From Mytilus edulis (Eukaryota), in the NCBI RefSeq assembly GCF_963676685.1, contig NC_092350.1:68200001-68264000 (forward strand): a stretch of DNA of 64,000 nt, given 5' to 3'. Shown here piece by piece: positions 40,640 to 54,385 of the stretch. Positions within the stretch are counted from its first letter, which is position 1. Each line of letters opens with the position of its first letter. The notes below the pieces were generated by a model that was not told the DNA's origin, ran no database searches, and saw only the letters and a program-made list of their open reading frames with translations. The position numbers were made by a program, and so were the translations under genes.

Positions 40640-40822
40640 TAAAAAGTAAAATCACAAAAATACTGAACTTAGAGAAAAATCAATTCGGAAAGTCCATAAT
40701 CACATGGCAAAATAAAAAAATAAAACGTATCAAAAACGAATGGACAAGAACTGTCATATTCCTGACTTGGTACAGGCATTTTCAAATGTAGAAAATGGTG
40801 GATTAAACCTGGTTCTATAGAG
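40640..40822 (+). repeat. Dispersed repeat family
   Basis: ggaaagtccataatca.atggcaaaat..ctgtcatattcctgacttggtacaggcattttcaaa; other copies at ~40095-40220, 44150-44350, 52480-52640. Confidence 0.8.
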
Positions 40823-42438
40823 CATACGATCAAGGAATATATTAACAAAAGTAATGTTATTATGTTAAAATTGTGACGAAAATGTTAAGCAATCATATTA
40901 TATCTTACAAAACTTTTTCTGCAATGGCCTACTAGTATATTACTTTAACCACACACCGACAAAAATTTGGATAGATTTTTGCAAAGTATTTACAATTTAA
41001 GTCCGTAATATAATAACATGGCTTACTAACAACTTAAACAGTATAAATATTAAAGTCTCCTATTGAACAATCGACGCTAGCAATTATTGTGTTATCGTCA
41101 CGGTGACCCCTATCATTAGTTCACCCTTAACATTGGAATTTGTCCGTTTGAAATTTGGAACTTATCAAGGAACATATGTATCAGGCAAAAAATACTTAAT
41201 ATATATAGATTAAGACTGTTCTTTTACATCAAAAAACCCTTTACTTATAGCGGTACTAATACATCATTGTCTTTCAAAAATGTTACTTTGAGCATTCCTG
41301 GTGGAGGTAAATCAACAAATGCTCAAAAGTTATACATTTGTTATATATTGTGTGTAATTGGTCTTCATATTTTTATTATTTTTTGTAGAATTTACCTACA
41401 TTTGACATTCCTTTTATGGTAATGGATAGTACATGTATTATTTCAGCTTTTTAGTAACTATTTGCATTGTGTAATTCACAAACACCTACTGTTCATCATA
41501 TTTTTATATTATTATGCGTTTCCACATGTATGCATTTATAAATGGCAGACTACCCTTAGTCTAAATCACTAATTTGTTAAAGATGGTTTGATTTTAAAAA
41601 AAAAAACACAAATGAAAAAAAAGATTGTATATATTATTCAGACCTCAGACGTTGGTATATACTGTGACACTTCCACCGTAGAGTGTATAAGCCCTAACAA
41701 GAAATTGTCACGGTAAATTCCCAGTCTCAGTTACACATATATATTACGAATTCTCCCTTTTTAATGTGTTTTTCCCCAGTGGATACATGTGTTAACAATT
41801 CACAATGCAGCATGTAAAATCACTACATGTTAATGATTTCTTAATATTTTAATTAACTTATTATTACAAAGCAACTTTTTTTTATCTTGACAATAGTGTC
41901 TGTTTTCTATTACTTTTTTCATATTAATGTTTCGTGTTCAGTGTGTGATAGACTTGGTTTTTACAGGACACATATATTTAATAACACAACCTTATATTAA
42001 GCATATACGTGATGGTTTTTGTAATTTGTTGTGAAAATAATTTCATCGTAAATGTAATAATTCATAATAAGACATCACAAAATTATATTTTAGTATTTAA
42101 ATTGCGTTTTTTAGTTAAACGGATTTAAATCATTATTTTTCTTCTAATAACCTCTGTCATTCCTTCGTGTTCTGTGTACATTTTGACTACGACACATAGT
42201 AACAGGTGTTGTGAAAATGTTTCTAAGGTTCAAACTATGGAAACAAACTTCGTATATATCCCGGTAGCTCCCGGCAAATATACTGACATCTCTGTGTTGT
42301 TATCCAATTATAATACTCGACACACATGTAATCTGGTGTAAATGAATACAAATAGAAGTAAGGACGAGTAGAGAAAGAATGACACCTTTAAACCTGAATC
42401 GTTACATAAATAGGACACATGTGAAAAATGAAACATAC

Positions 42439-42548
42439 CTATATCCATACAGTAAGTGGCAGATGTGAAATTTGCAATCATACTCATGTCAGTTAAATCG
42501 AATCTAGACTTGAATATTCCTTTATTGCGGTAACCAATATACAACCAT
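42439..42548 (-). CDS. Gene B coding exon 4
   Basis: tgtcag / gtatgt; WLYIGYRNKGIFKSRFDLTDMSMIANFTSATYCMDI; phase 2-1. Confidence 0.85.
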
Positions 42549-42879
42549 CTGACATATAACATAGATACCAAATAAATAAAACAAATAAAACAAAGCATCA
42601 TCTAGCTGTAATGTCTATTGTTTGTAATTGCTGCAAATTGAAAAAAAAACATATAGTTTCCGTTGATGGATAGATGCAGGTTTTCCAAGGGCGAGTTGGT
42701 TAATCGTAATTATTTTATGGATAAAAAGTTGTGACGAAATCACTTTAAAAATATGATATTATTGGTCAATTGATAATGTGTAGGTCATTTCGAATTTGGA
42801 ATTTACGTGTTTTGCGTATTGATGTGTGTTTATTTGTTCTATATCGGCTAGAGTACAAAAGCATGTATCCTATCAAATC

Positions 42880-43050
42880 TTGAAATTATCAACTTTAATC
42901 TGAGAATTATCAACTTTAATCTGAGAATTATCAACTTTATTCTGAGAATAGTCAACTTTAATCTGATAATTGTCAACTTTAATCTGAGAACTGTCAACTT
43001 TATTCTGACGATTGGCAATTGTAATCTTCGAATTATCAACTGTAATCTTT
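42880..43050. repeat. 21-bp tandem repeat (~8 units)
   Basis: GAGAATTATCAACTTTAATCT repeated. Confidence 0.95.
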
Positions 43051-43222
43051 GAAATGATTTTTATTTTACTTTTTTTTTAATATATACTAAATCTACTTAT
43101 AATTTGCATTTGCATTTCTGATAAAATATAAAAGTAAAATAGGCATCTATCTAAAGTCTTGTATAACCTCAAATAGTCGTATACTCATGAGGGATGCAAC
43201 ATCCTATAAATGGGTATTCAGG

Positions 43223-44150
43223 ATGAGAAGTTCCTCTAGTTTGGAGAGAAAGCTTTATAAACATGCAACAACTTTAAACATTTGATGATTTTTTTTTTAT
43301 TTCAGCATTCTTTTTTTCTTGTTATTTTGGCAAATGCCTTGTGAAGACTAAACATATGCGGCAATGTATCAGGAATTTATGGATCAGGGATACTGGAACT
43401 TGTCACCACGAAAATTCCTGTCTTGTTAATATTCATAAGTGTATTGTCATCGCCAATAAACACACATGGAAGAGATGATATTAGAGAAAATCGGAAAACA
43501 ATTTACCAAAATATTTTGTTGGTATTCGGAAATTGAAAAGAGAGGAGAAAGATTTGGTTAGTAGGGAACACATGCTGCTTAAAGTTTTACACTTGCTTAA
43601 ATTCAATGAAAGTGTAAATGCTCTAACCTTGAAAGTAAAAGAAACATTCCAATGGGTAGATAACAATGTTGATTTAAAGTTTCTTTTAAAAGTCGACGAG
43701 GACAGAACAGATGCCTTAATGAGAAAATTAAAACTAAAAACAGACAGACTGTTTTATTAAGGATTTTCCGATGGGTGAGCTCTAATCAAACAGAAAGGAA
43801 AGTGGAAAGAGAAGGACTGGATTCTTTGTGGCAGATACTTGCATATGCTCTGGGTGATGAATATGTTTTATCAAGTGATCTTGTACATTATGTGTCTTCA
43901 AATTCTAAACTTTTAAAAGCTTTTAAGAATGAGGACATATCCCTAGGTGCTTGGCTTTGACCATTAGATAAATCGAGTACATGATCCAAGGTTTGATACA
44001 GAATATAGATCTAGAGGTTGTAAAAACTGATATTTAGTTACACATAAAATATCATCAGTGATAATGCGATAATATAATAATAAATCGCAGAAATAAGAAC
44101 ATCTGTGTAGTATTTTTTTCCAAGTTAGAAAATCATACTTATACAATTGT
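43223..44150 (+). pseudogene. B3GALT6: Beta-1,3-galactosyltransferase 6 pseudogene (intronless, stops and frameshifts)
   Basis: Motifs across frames: [102 protein letters not shown]; LC...RKSYLYN. Confidence 0.9.
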
Positions 44151-44360
44151 ACAGGCATTTTCAAATGTAGAAAATGGTGGATTGAACCTGGTTGTATAGC
44201 GCTAAACCTCTCACATGTGTGACAGTCGCATCAACTTCAAGTATATTTACAACGATGCGTGAACAAAACAGACATAACAGGTAAATAGTCAAAATATGGA
44301 TACAGCCGTTATCACTGTGTCACAATCACAAAACAAACACATATTTAACAATAAAGCACA

Positions 44361-45403
44361 AGTCTAGATAAGACCATGGATGAAGTAGATATTCTTAAAG
44401 GTTAAAGTAGTCTAGATAAGACCATGGACGAATTAGATATTTTAAAGGTTAAAGTAGTCTAGATACGATCATGGATGAAGTAGATATTGTTGAAGATACA
44501 GTGGTATAGATAAGACCATGGATAAAGAAAATATAGTTTCAGGTTAAATTAGTCTAGATAAGACCATGTATAAAATAGATATTGTTGAAGGTTATAGTCA
44601 TCTGAATAAGACCATGTATGAAGTAGATAGTGTTGAATGTTACAGTAGTCTAGATAAGATCATGGATGAAGTAGATATTGTTGAAGATACAGTGGTCTAG
44701 ATAAGACCATGGATAAGTAAGATAAAGTTTCAGGTTAAATTAGTCTAGATAAGACCATGGATAAAGTATATATTGTTGAAGGTTATAGTCATCTAGATAA
44801 GACAATGGATGAAGTAGATATTGGTGAATGTTAAAGAAGTATAGATAAGAGCATGGATGAAGTAGATATTGTTGATGGTTACAGTAGTCTAGATAAGAGC
44901 ATGAACGAAGTTGATAGTGTTGAAGGTTAAATTAGTATAGATAAGACCATAGATGAAGTAAAAAATGTTGAAGATAAAACAATGAAATAGTCTAGATAAG
45001 ACCATGGATGAAGTAGATATTGTTGAAGGTTATAGTAGTCTACATTCAGATAAGACCATGGATGAAGTAGATAGTGTTACAGGTTAAAGAAGTCTAGGTA
45101 AGACCATGGATGAAGTAGATATTGTTGATGGTTTAGGTAGTCTAGAAAAGACCATCGATTAAATAGATATTGTTCCAGGTAAGGTGAGGTTAGTGATGAC
45201 TAACATATGTAAGATAAGTAAGATATGACCATGGATAAAATAGATCTTTAGATCTTGTTGAAGGTTACAGTAGTCTAGATATGACCATGTATGAAGTATA
45301 TATTGTTGAAGGTGAAAGTAGTCTACATTTTGATAAGACCATGTATGAAGTACATAGTGTTGAAGGTTAAAGTAGTCTAGATAAGACCATGAATGAAATA
45401 GAT
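44361..45403. repeat. ~48-bp minisatellite array (~21 units)
   Basis: Consensus GTAGTCTAGATAAGACCATGGATGAAGTAGATATTGTTGAAGGTTA(C/A)A repeated head to tail. Confidence 0.95.
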
Positions 45404-46186
45404 AAAAAAGATATTGTTTCTTTGAATATTTGTTTTTTGATATAAAGAAAAAGGTGTTCTTTAACAGTTTATTGATAATTCGTATAAGTTACTTTACAGA
45501 TTATTAATTATACTTTCATTAGTAGTAGTATCGGAAAAAAGGGGCAAACGATACCAGAGAGACAGTCAAACTGGGGATTCTCGAAACGACAAAGTTCCCA
45601 AATGCAATGGTTTGTATCTTGCTATGCTTTCATCGAAAAGTTATGTCGGTGGTTTTTCAAGCTGAATAACTTGTTAAACAATGTTATAGAAAACATTTGA
45701 GATTTGAATTCAATACGAACAACATGTATCGGTGAAAACCACGTTAATGTGGCATTCTTCTCAAATTTTGAGTGACATTTCCGGTGATTATAAATAAAAA
45801 AAAGGTTTTAAATGGCATTGGCTAGTTGTGTTAATTCAAAAAGAATAATATGTATCATAATTCTTTATTTATATCGTTCATTGAAGAAAAAAATATCAAT
45901 GGTTCATTCAAACAACGGACAAATCAAAGAAAACAAGCAAGCACCAAGTACAAAAGTAAATTACAGACAACGGACCATGAAACACAAATAAAAGCTATAA
46001 ACTTAGCGAATGCGTCACATGAAAAATGGGGTAAACTCGAGTGATATAGATTAGTAAGCAATTATTTCTCAATTAGTTATTAACATCATGTATGCAAATG
46101 ACAAGTCACATTCAGTGACTTTTGACATAAAGCTTCTAATATATATTTACATAAGACAACGTTACAAATATAATAATATATTATAC

Positions 46187-46307
46187 CTGTTTGTAACATC
46201 TAGTTGTATCATAAAGACGTAAAATAAACTGTTGGAAACAAAATCTACATTTGTTCCGTCTAATTTGCATCTTGAAATAATAGAACGATTATTATTATTA
46301 ACCCAGT
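46187..46307 (-). pseudogene. Orphan 3' half of a paralogous exon 3
   Basis: WVNNNNRSIISRCKLDGTNVDFVSNSLFYVFMIQLDVTNR + GT donor, with no 5' half or acceptor; following intron 46070-46186 aligns with 46350-46465. Confidence 0.8.
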
Positions 46308-46465
46308 TGGGTTGATTTCAGGTGATCAAGAGGGTAAAGCAAGTATGTCAATAAGTTGCTAACATCATGCATGCAAATAATAAGACAAATTCAGTTACTT
46401 ATGATATTAAACCTCTTACAGATATTTACATAAGACAATGTTACAAATATATTAATATATCATAC

Positions 46466-46684
46466 CTGTTTATAACATCTAGTCGTATCATAAAAGTGCT
46501 ACTTGAAAGACTGTTGGACACAACAACTACATTTGTTCCATCTAATTTGCATCTTGAAACAGTGTTACCATAATGATTAACCCAGTAGACATGATCATTG
46601 GCGGAATCAACAGCTACATCTGATGGGTTGGACGATGTGCTCACAACATGTTGCAATATTATGTTCTGTGAGGGATATGGGAAT
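46466..46684 (-). CDS. Gene B coding exon 3
   Basis: ttctag / gtatga; FPYPSQNIILQHVVSTSSNPSDVAVDSANDHVYWVNHYGNTVSRCKLDGTNVVVVSNSLSSSTFMIRLDVINR. Confidence 0.9.
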
Positions 46685-47404
46685 CTAGAATAAAAATTAA
46701 AAGTCACGAAATTTATTGACGATGGGTTTTTACGTGTAGTAGTTCATAACATCATACCCTCCGGGATTTGAATACTTATAGCAAAAATTAAGAGTTACTA
46801 GTAACTTGTGAACAGGTCTGGTTCATTCGGAGTTGTCAAAATCAAAGTTAATTCATATGTACTTTTGACAGGACTGGTTTCGAAGTTAACTTATGTCAGT
46901 TTTATCAGTAGGAGACCTGTTTCCAAGTTAACTTTTCGGCAGACAGTCCTAGGACCGAATCCGCTTTTCAATTAAACTAGATTGTGGTCATTTGACTGGT
47001 CAGAGCAGTCCTTTATCCTGTCAAAGGTTAACTTTGACCAGTCCAAATGACTGGTTGTTAAGTTAACTTGCTGTACAGGTTCGGACAGCATCCATCTGTA
47101 TGTATTTTTGAAGAAAACTAGATTAGAAAATAATCCACACTAGCATAAATATTTTATTTTATTTTATTCATTTCATCTTTGGACACACACATGATGAACA
47201 ATCTGAAATCTGAAATATATATCTAATATTACAAACGACAAAGTAACAATACACAGTTTGATTGCTCATTTATGATTTTTACTAACCATAACAGATAGAA
47301 CAGTCATATACAATGTTTGTTATATTGTTTTATGTCATCCTTTGCTTAGTGGTGCACTAGAATTATATGATTCAATATTACTTTCTATATAGCTGTTTTT
47401 CATT

Positions 47405-48787
47405 TCATCACATGAAACACATGGCGTCCTTGCGAAGTTATGTATTGGTCGCTGGAAGGCCATGACGGACGTTACGTTAGTACGACATTGTTGCAACGTT
47501 GTGAGAATGTAATTTTACGTCACAACCAGATACGACGTAGAAGAGAAGTCAGGACAACGTTGATATTGTTTTTAATAACGTCCAATTTACGTTGTTGCAA
47601 TGTCATTTTGAGACGAATGTGTCACGTATCTGTAACGTTATAGCAATTTCGTCATATGTTTGGTCGATAAAATATTAAGTTGATTTTTACGCTGTTATTA
47701 AAGAGGAAGTATGTTTTTGTCATCAATAATACATTGCAATAATAAAAAAATCAGAAATAAAGAACTGAAATTTTACTGTATCCGATCAAATAAATCACGT
47801 AATTAAACATGTTAAAACGTTGTTGCGATGTATTTATCGACATTCCTAAAATTTGCAATGGCAAAAGTTCTTCTTTTACTTTTTTTCTCTTTTGTTGTAC
47901 TCAAATTAACGTAATGTTTATGATTACATTTTGTTTTAAGGACGCCATTGATGTAGTTATATACAGAGTATTACTATTGATTAAAGAGAAAGGGGAAAGA
48001 GTCAATCTGTTTTAATTATGTAATATTGTAAACAGAACGTTTTGCATTATTTCCCTTTAAATATACGGTTTTAAGCATATTTAAATATTGGCTTTATTAG
48101 TCTTTATAAAAATATTATTATTTACATCTTAATAGTTGTTGTAATGTAATTGCATTTAAAGAACAGATAATATCTTATGTTCCGATTAGTTTAATGTTAC
48201 ATTTACAGTTTTAACTTTAGTTTTGGACCGTACACATTATAAACCAGCAAACATTATATAATACACTATTTGTAAACTAAGGTTACATTATTGTGTAGTG
48301 TAACATAATGAGAAATAAAGGTTCACATGACAGCAATTCACTGATTGTAATTTTCTTTGAATTAGAAGTATAGTTCACAGTAATCATGGTTATAAAGAGC
48401 ATTGAATTTTACTAATACCATGTGTGATAAAGTATAATTTAAGATACTTGTTTTTTATGAAATAGAACTGTTATTTAAAATTGTGATATAATTGTTATTT
48501 CAGAGTTTATTTTTATGCCGGTTATTAAATCATCCGAACCCTTAAAACAGAGTTTGTTATTTCTTGATCCAAGATACGGCCCTGTTACGTGATATTAACG
48601 GTGTTATAATGTCAGGAATTACGTTGTAGAAACGTTATTTTACGTCACCACAACGTTGATGTATGCCGTTGTGACAACGTAAAGTAACCATACCCTTTTA
48701 CGTAAACACAACGTAATAACCTGAAGTTAATGCGACGAAACAATTACATTGTCACGACGTAATTATGACGTAATATTGTTTGCTGGG
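47405..48787. mobile_element. Probable non-autonomous DNA transposon with ACAACGTT-type subterminal repeats
   Basis: Clusters of acaacgt/acgttgt motifs at 47420-47645 and 48580-48780; right end TGTTTGCTGGG; left terminus degenerate. Confidence 0.5.
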
Positions 48788-50392
48788 ACTGATTGTCATA
48801 AAGTATAATATGTAATCATTATCATATCAACTTTCCCTGTGATACACAGCTTAAGCTTGTTTAGTCTCCTGCTTCTTTGGCACGGATTGACCTGTAAACA
48901 GGGATCATTTGTCTGCGGCCTAGATAAATGAGGAGGTGGGAACAGGAGACTTGTAGAATAAACGAGTATAATACGTATTTTTTTTAAGGATGGTCTTAAA
49001 ATATAATTATCGAAAAGAGAAAAAAAAAATTTTAAATGTGCACATTGAAAATTCTTTAAGAGGCATACTTATCTATATAGACCATTGTGTATGATTGATG
49101 ACATAACAATAAAGACAACAAATTATTTGTCATTATTGGATTCACAATGCCGTCCTATTTCGCCCAAGTACACATCATCAGATGCGATATGTCACCAAAA
49201 TCTTTGTTGTCATGAGTCAAAAAATGTACCTTATCATTCTAAATCACCTAGACACTGTTCCAGTGTTAGAAGCATGACTATATTTTGTTGATTGTTATTT
49301 GTTTTTTCGTAGCTGCTCTTTCTGAGCATGGTATTAACTATTTTTTCTTAAAGCTATGGTGTTTTGTATGTGATTGTTGTTGTTCTTTGTTAAATTATTA
49401 TAGTATAATTATCAGTGATCTTATTTACCAATCAAAATTTGTTTAAATAAGTTTTTGTTCTTTTGATTTCAAATTTTCAAAATACAAAATAAAATTACAA
49501 AATTCTTAACTCTGAGGAAAATTCAAAACGAACAGTCCCTTATCATAATAATCAATAATTAAAGACAAAATTTTCAATTGTTTTCACGAAAATTTAAAAA
49601 GCATGGTTATTTTTTAAGTTATCATTTTATTTATTGAAAATAAAAACTATGAAGTTACTGCACTTATCCATGTTATCATCATGTCTGAATTTAATCAAAC
49701 ATTGAATCGCATAAGTGTTACCATATTCTAATTTACAACTATTCGTGAGATGGATTAAACATATGGTGGAAACATCTTTCACATACGTATATGATACTCA
49801 ATTTGAAAAACACCTATAACAAACGAAGTTTATTTGCAGATATACAAATACTGTATTTAATAATTTCTTTTTTAAAAGTGAATTGCAATATTTTCGCTTC
49901 GTATATAACATTCAAGTCAATTTACCTTTATAAAGCTTGCACTATTTTAATCGACTTGATAATTGACATCTACGCATAAAGGTACTGTTAATCAAAACTA
50001 CTTGAAAACATGTTTTTATCATATCTTGTACAATCTGATTAAGTTACATGTCATTTGTCTAAGCTTTGCTAAGAAGATCTGACAACTCTTCTTTTTTGTG
50101 TGTGTTAATTTTAAAGACCCGTCGGGATCCTTTGGTTTTGTCATAATGGTACTAAGACAAATTGAATGCTGACATGTCATTGGTTTATGTTATATGTATG
50201 CACTATGATATAGACCTTCAAATCGGATATTGAATAACTTCCCACTAATGCATGGTTAAAAAAAATCAAAATAGAACCATAGGACGTTTTTGCGTTGTTT
50301 TTACTTTTTGCTCATTGAACTGTATTTACTACTCCTTTAGAAACCCACAATACTTTGCTATGTATTGAATCAATGTACAAAAGTAAACTTAC

Positions 50393-50567
50393 CGCATAAT
50401 TTCATTTAAATTATATCTTGGAAAATAAACGTATTTGTTTTGGTAATCGTAGTCCAACGAAAACACTGCATTTTCTCCATGGTTGACAAGTACAGTCATT
50501 ATTCGTGTCTTAACATCAATTTCATTTATTGAAGTGTAATTTGCAAACAGAACTTTTCCAGGTACAG
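50393..50567 (-). CDS. Gene B coding exon 2
   Basis: gttttag / gtaagt; SVPGKVLFANYTSINEIDVKTRIMTVLVNHGENAVFSLDYDYQNKYVYFPRYNLNEIMR. Confidence 0.85.
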
Positions 50568-50860
50568 CTAAAACAAATATTTAAAGAAATATCCAAACTT
50601 ATATTACAACAAAATTAAGATAACGTTATTTACAAAATATCTGGTTTGCCTGTCATATTTGACTTTGACTCCATGCAATTTGTTAATTAGTTCAAATGCA
50701 TGCAAATGTTATCTCGAGGAAGATAGTGTGTGCAAAGACATTAGCAGAATTAATTTTCTAAATTTAAAGAATAAAGTTTGAAATTATCATGGCTTGTTTT
50801 TATTAAATATTATAGAATAACACAATCTTTAGTATCTTTAATATACAATAAATAACTTAC

Positions 50861-50921
50861 ATGCCGCATCTGTCATATGATAAGGTATACAACATATGCT
50901 GAACCACAGTCTAACGTCCAT
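50861..50921 (-). CDS. YWTD beta-propeller secreted protein, gene B, coding exon 1 (signal peptide)
   Basis: ACCATGG start; MDVRLWFSICCIPYHMTDAA + GTAAGT donor; paralog of 20621-20681. Confidence 0.8.
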
Positions 50922-53900
50922 GGTTCACTATATGCCGCAACTGACTGAAGAAGATGAGTTTGTTTTCAAAGAAAACTTAACAACTTACAGATAACAATCA
51001 TTTAAAAATTACTACAGTTTACTTTTTTTCGTTGGTTTATAGCATGATTTTAAATGTTTTATGGTACAATAAATATGTGTAGCGATTTATTGTTTATAGA
51101 CGACGATGGCTTGTTATGATTTACGATAATTTTAAGTATGTTCAACAAGAAAAAGGAAGGAGGACTACTTTACATGCTATTCGATGTTAGAATAGCAAAG
51201 AGTCATGCAATCTCAATATACCCCATAATGCATTATAAAATTAAGCTGGAGTGAAATAAATAAATTGATCAACCATTGTAAACAAAATAAAAACGCTGAA
51301 TCATAAAATTTTATTGTTCGTTAAACTTCATCTATTTTACTTCATTACGATGATTATCATCAGTGACATTGTTTTACTATTCAAAATAAATATGAAAAGA
51401 TGTGGTATGAATGTTAATGAGACACTCTCTATCCAAAGTCAATACAATTTTTAAAAGTAAACCATTATAGGTAAAATAATGGTCTTCAACATGAAGTACT
51501 TCCTAACAACTAATAATATAACCAAAATGATTTGGCAAGCTATACAATGTCCGACAAAAAACAAGAGTAAATAATTCAAACAGTATATATTTTTCCAGAA
51601 GTGATGAATTACAATGAAAAGATTGTACACTGCATTTAAATTTTTACTTAAACAAGTGCATCAGTTGTATACGTATCAATTTCAAAAATTCTGTCTATGC
51701 TAGGTTACTATATGACACATTGTTAAGAGGAATATATTTAATCTTTGATTTTTGAGGTGGTTTAGGAGGAAATCAAATTTGAAACGTATTTTCGAGTGTG
51801 ACAATTAATAACACAAATGTTTCCTTGCTGGTATTTTCAAATATACGTTTTTTGATTGTTTGATATTTTTTAGTATTTATAAGGAAACACTTTATGCTAC
51901 TTTGGGTTTTTTCGATTAAGAGTAATATCAGTAAATGACATATTTATTAGTCTATTTAGATTTCGTGTTATTTGTTCTATTTTACAAGTCAATTGAACGT
52001 TTTAACGACAATAAATAAAATGTCATGATAAATTATGATTATAGTCTAAGTTGTATAAAGTTTGCACTTCACATTTGTTTGATTTTCAACCGATGATGCA
52101 TTATTAAAATTATGTTTCGTAAAATCCACTGTGCAAATAACACAAGGACATAATATTAAATACTTGGAAATGACACGAACAAATATTTCCGTTTAACTGC
52201 ACCCCAGCACACATTTTTTTTTATAATTTTAAACTGTTATACTCATTTTTTTCCTTTTATTATTTGTAAACAGAACATTATGTTGAAAGAGCTTTAATAT
52301 CGTCTTAGTCACAAAAATGTTTATCGGTATAGAAATAATTGATTCAAGCGTGACATTTTATTCGTTTCTTTTGCTGTTTGTTATTAAAAGAACCTCATAA
52401 ATACCCTTTATTTCATGGTGAAGGAACTGTAACTATTTTTGTAGCATTTTCTAATTCTAAACGTACAAAAAAGTAGAAATACAAAAACCCCAAACTCAGA
52501 GGAAAATTCAAAATTGAACGTCGTATAATCAAATGAAAAAATCAAAAGTTTAAACACATCAATGGATAAAAAATGATAGCTTCCTGACTTGGTAACTTCC
52601 TTCGTATGTCGAAAATGGTGGAATAAACTTGGTTAAACAAATTGTTCGTAAAAAGGATTTCAATCCTTCGTATAATAACGAGGGTTATTCGTATTTTCTT
52701 TTTGTCGTTTATCTTTAGATATGACGTGGCGTTATTTCTAGATATAGTTTTGATTTCTCGCATAGCATTCACATATATTTTTTTCCAAGATACCTCAGTT
52801 TGTAGAAAAGTAATTCTTCCAAAAAAGGACTGGGCAAAAGTATTCGAAATGATTGTAAAAAAACATAAGTTTACCAATATGTAGGTTTTTAATATCATTC
52901 AGTTATGATAATTTGCTATTTAATTGTTGAAAAAGCAAAATACGTTTTACTTCATTTGAATATCAAAATGAAAATATTGTAGTTATGTATCAGTTCCGAC
53001 TGATTATAATCCCGTATCTTGAGAGTAACACGGAGTTTTACGAATATAGACAACAAACAACTGTTGTGTTTTTGTTTTTGTTTGAATGATATTAAGAAGG
53101 AGTTTTATTTAATATAAATGTATATGAAGATACTTTACAAGAGAAACTAATTTGTACTTACGGTTTATTGATATATTGTGCAGTCAAAATCACATCTTAT
53201 GATATGTTTTTTTTAGTACGCATTTGCTGCAACTTCAATACACAGTAGATTTTAATTGAATAACCAATATCAACATTTATGAAATTATGAGGATTGAGGC
53301 GATTACATCGCGGTTTTGGCCGAAAAAAATATAGTTTTGTTAACTATATCAGTTGTTCGCACCATATTTTGACATAAATAATGTCATGAATTATAAAGTC
53401 ACGAACATGGCAGTTGTCTTTAACTAATTTCGTGATTTGATGGCTTTATATTTGTCCATTTTTCATGTATTTGGAAATTAGTATGGAGTTCATTATCACT
53501 GAACTAGTATATCTTTGTTTAGGGCCAGTTGAAGGACGCCTCCGGGTGCGGGAATTTCTCGCTACATTGAAGACCTGTTGGTGACCTTGTGCTGTTGTTT
53601 TTTTTTTCTATGGTCGGGTTGTTGTCTCTTTGGCACATTCCCCATTTCCAATCTCAATTTTATTTTATAAACTTCCTTTTTTTTAATTTGCACGTAAGTG
53701 CGGATTTTGTTTACTTGTATTTTTTAAGTGATTAAAACGAAGAAAACTGCATTATGTTGAAATATCGTGTACATCCAAGAAACAACAAAATAATACAAGA
53801 AAAGATCTACAATATTATTATTATGTTTTAATAAAAGGCATTTTATAGTGCATTGCATAACACTACAATTACTCTAAGCGCTTTACATGTTGACACACAT

Positions 53901-54057
53901 ATACACAAGTTTCCACATGCAAACAACAACAATGTTAAAAATAGACAAAAAAATATTTTAAAACCATACAGCATCAAATCAACTATTGCAAGATTAATAC
54001 TCTAAAAATATAGGCAACAGTAGTATACCGCTGTGCGAAATTCATTAATCGATTGAG

Positions 54058-54385
54058 AAACAAGAATGTATCACAAGTACACAGATGTCCCATTCGCACT
54101 ATCATTTTCTATGCTCAGTTGACAGTGAAAATAGGGTAAAATTTCTAATTCGGAAATAAAATTAGAGAGATCATATCATAGAAAACATATTTCATAAGTT
54201 TCAAGTTTATTGGACTTCAACGTCATCAAAAACTACCTCGACCAAGATTTTTACCTGAATTGGGTCAGACAGACGAACGGACGAACGAACAAATAGATGA
54301 ACGAACGAACGGACGAAAAGACGTACGGACGGACGAACGGAGTCACAGAGAAATTATCACGCCTAAAAATGAGCATACACAAAAA
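54058..54385 (-). mobile_element. Short HINE-type element nested in another repeat
   Basis: AACAAG start, (GAAC/GGAC)n microsatellite at 54265-54340, A-run end. Confidence 0.55.

Noticed and set aside
42848-43039. Heptad-like LKLTILR ORF
   Set aside because: Product of the 21-bp tandem repeat; no splice or homology support.
44361-45403. Regular repeat array resembling CRISPR or an acidic repeat protein
   Set aside because: Units are contiguous with no unique spacers, no cas genes, eukaryotic context; frequent stops and indels break the frame.
52542-52898. 118-aa ORF with signal-like start upstream of gene B
   Set aside because: AT-rich, runs into a dispersed repeat, no homology or splice support.
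53480-53665. GC-rich repeat segment suggestive of an HDV-like ribozyme
   Set aside because: Could not build the nested double pseudoknot by eye; left as an unclassified repeat. An RNArobo/Infernal scan would decide.
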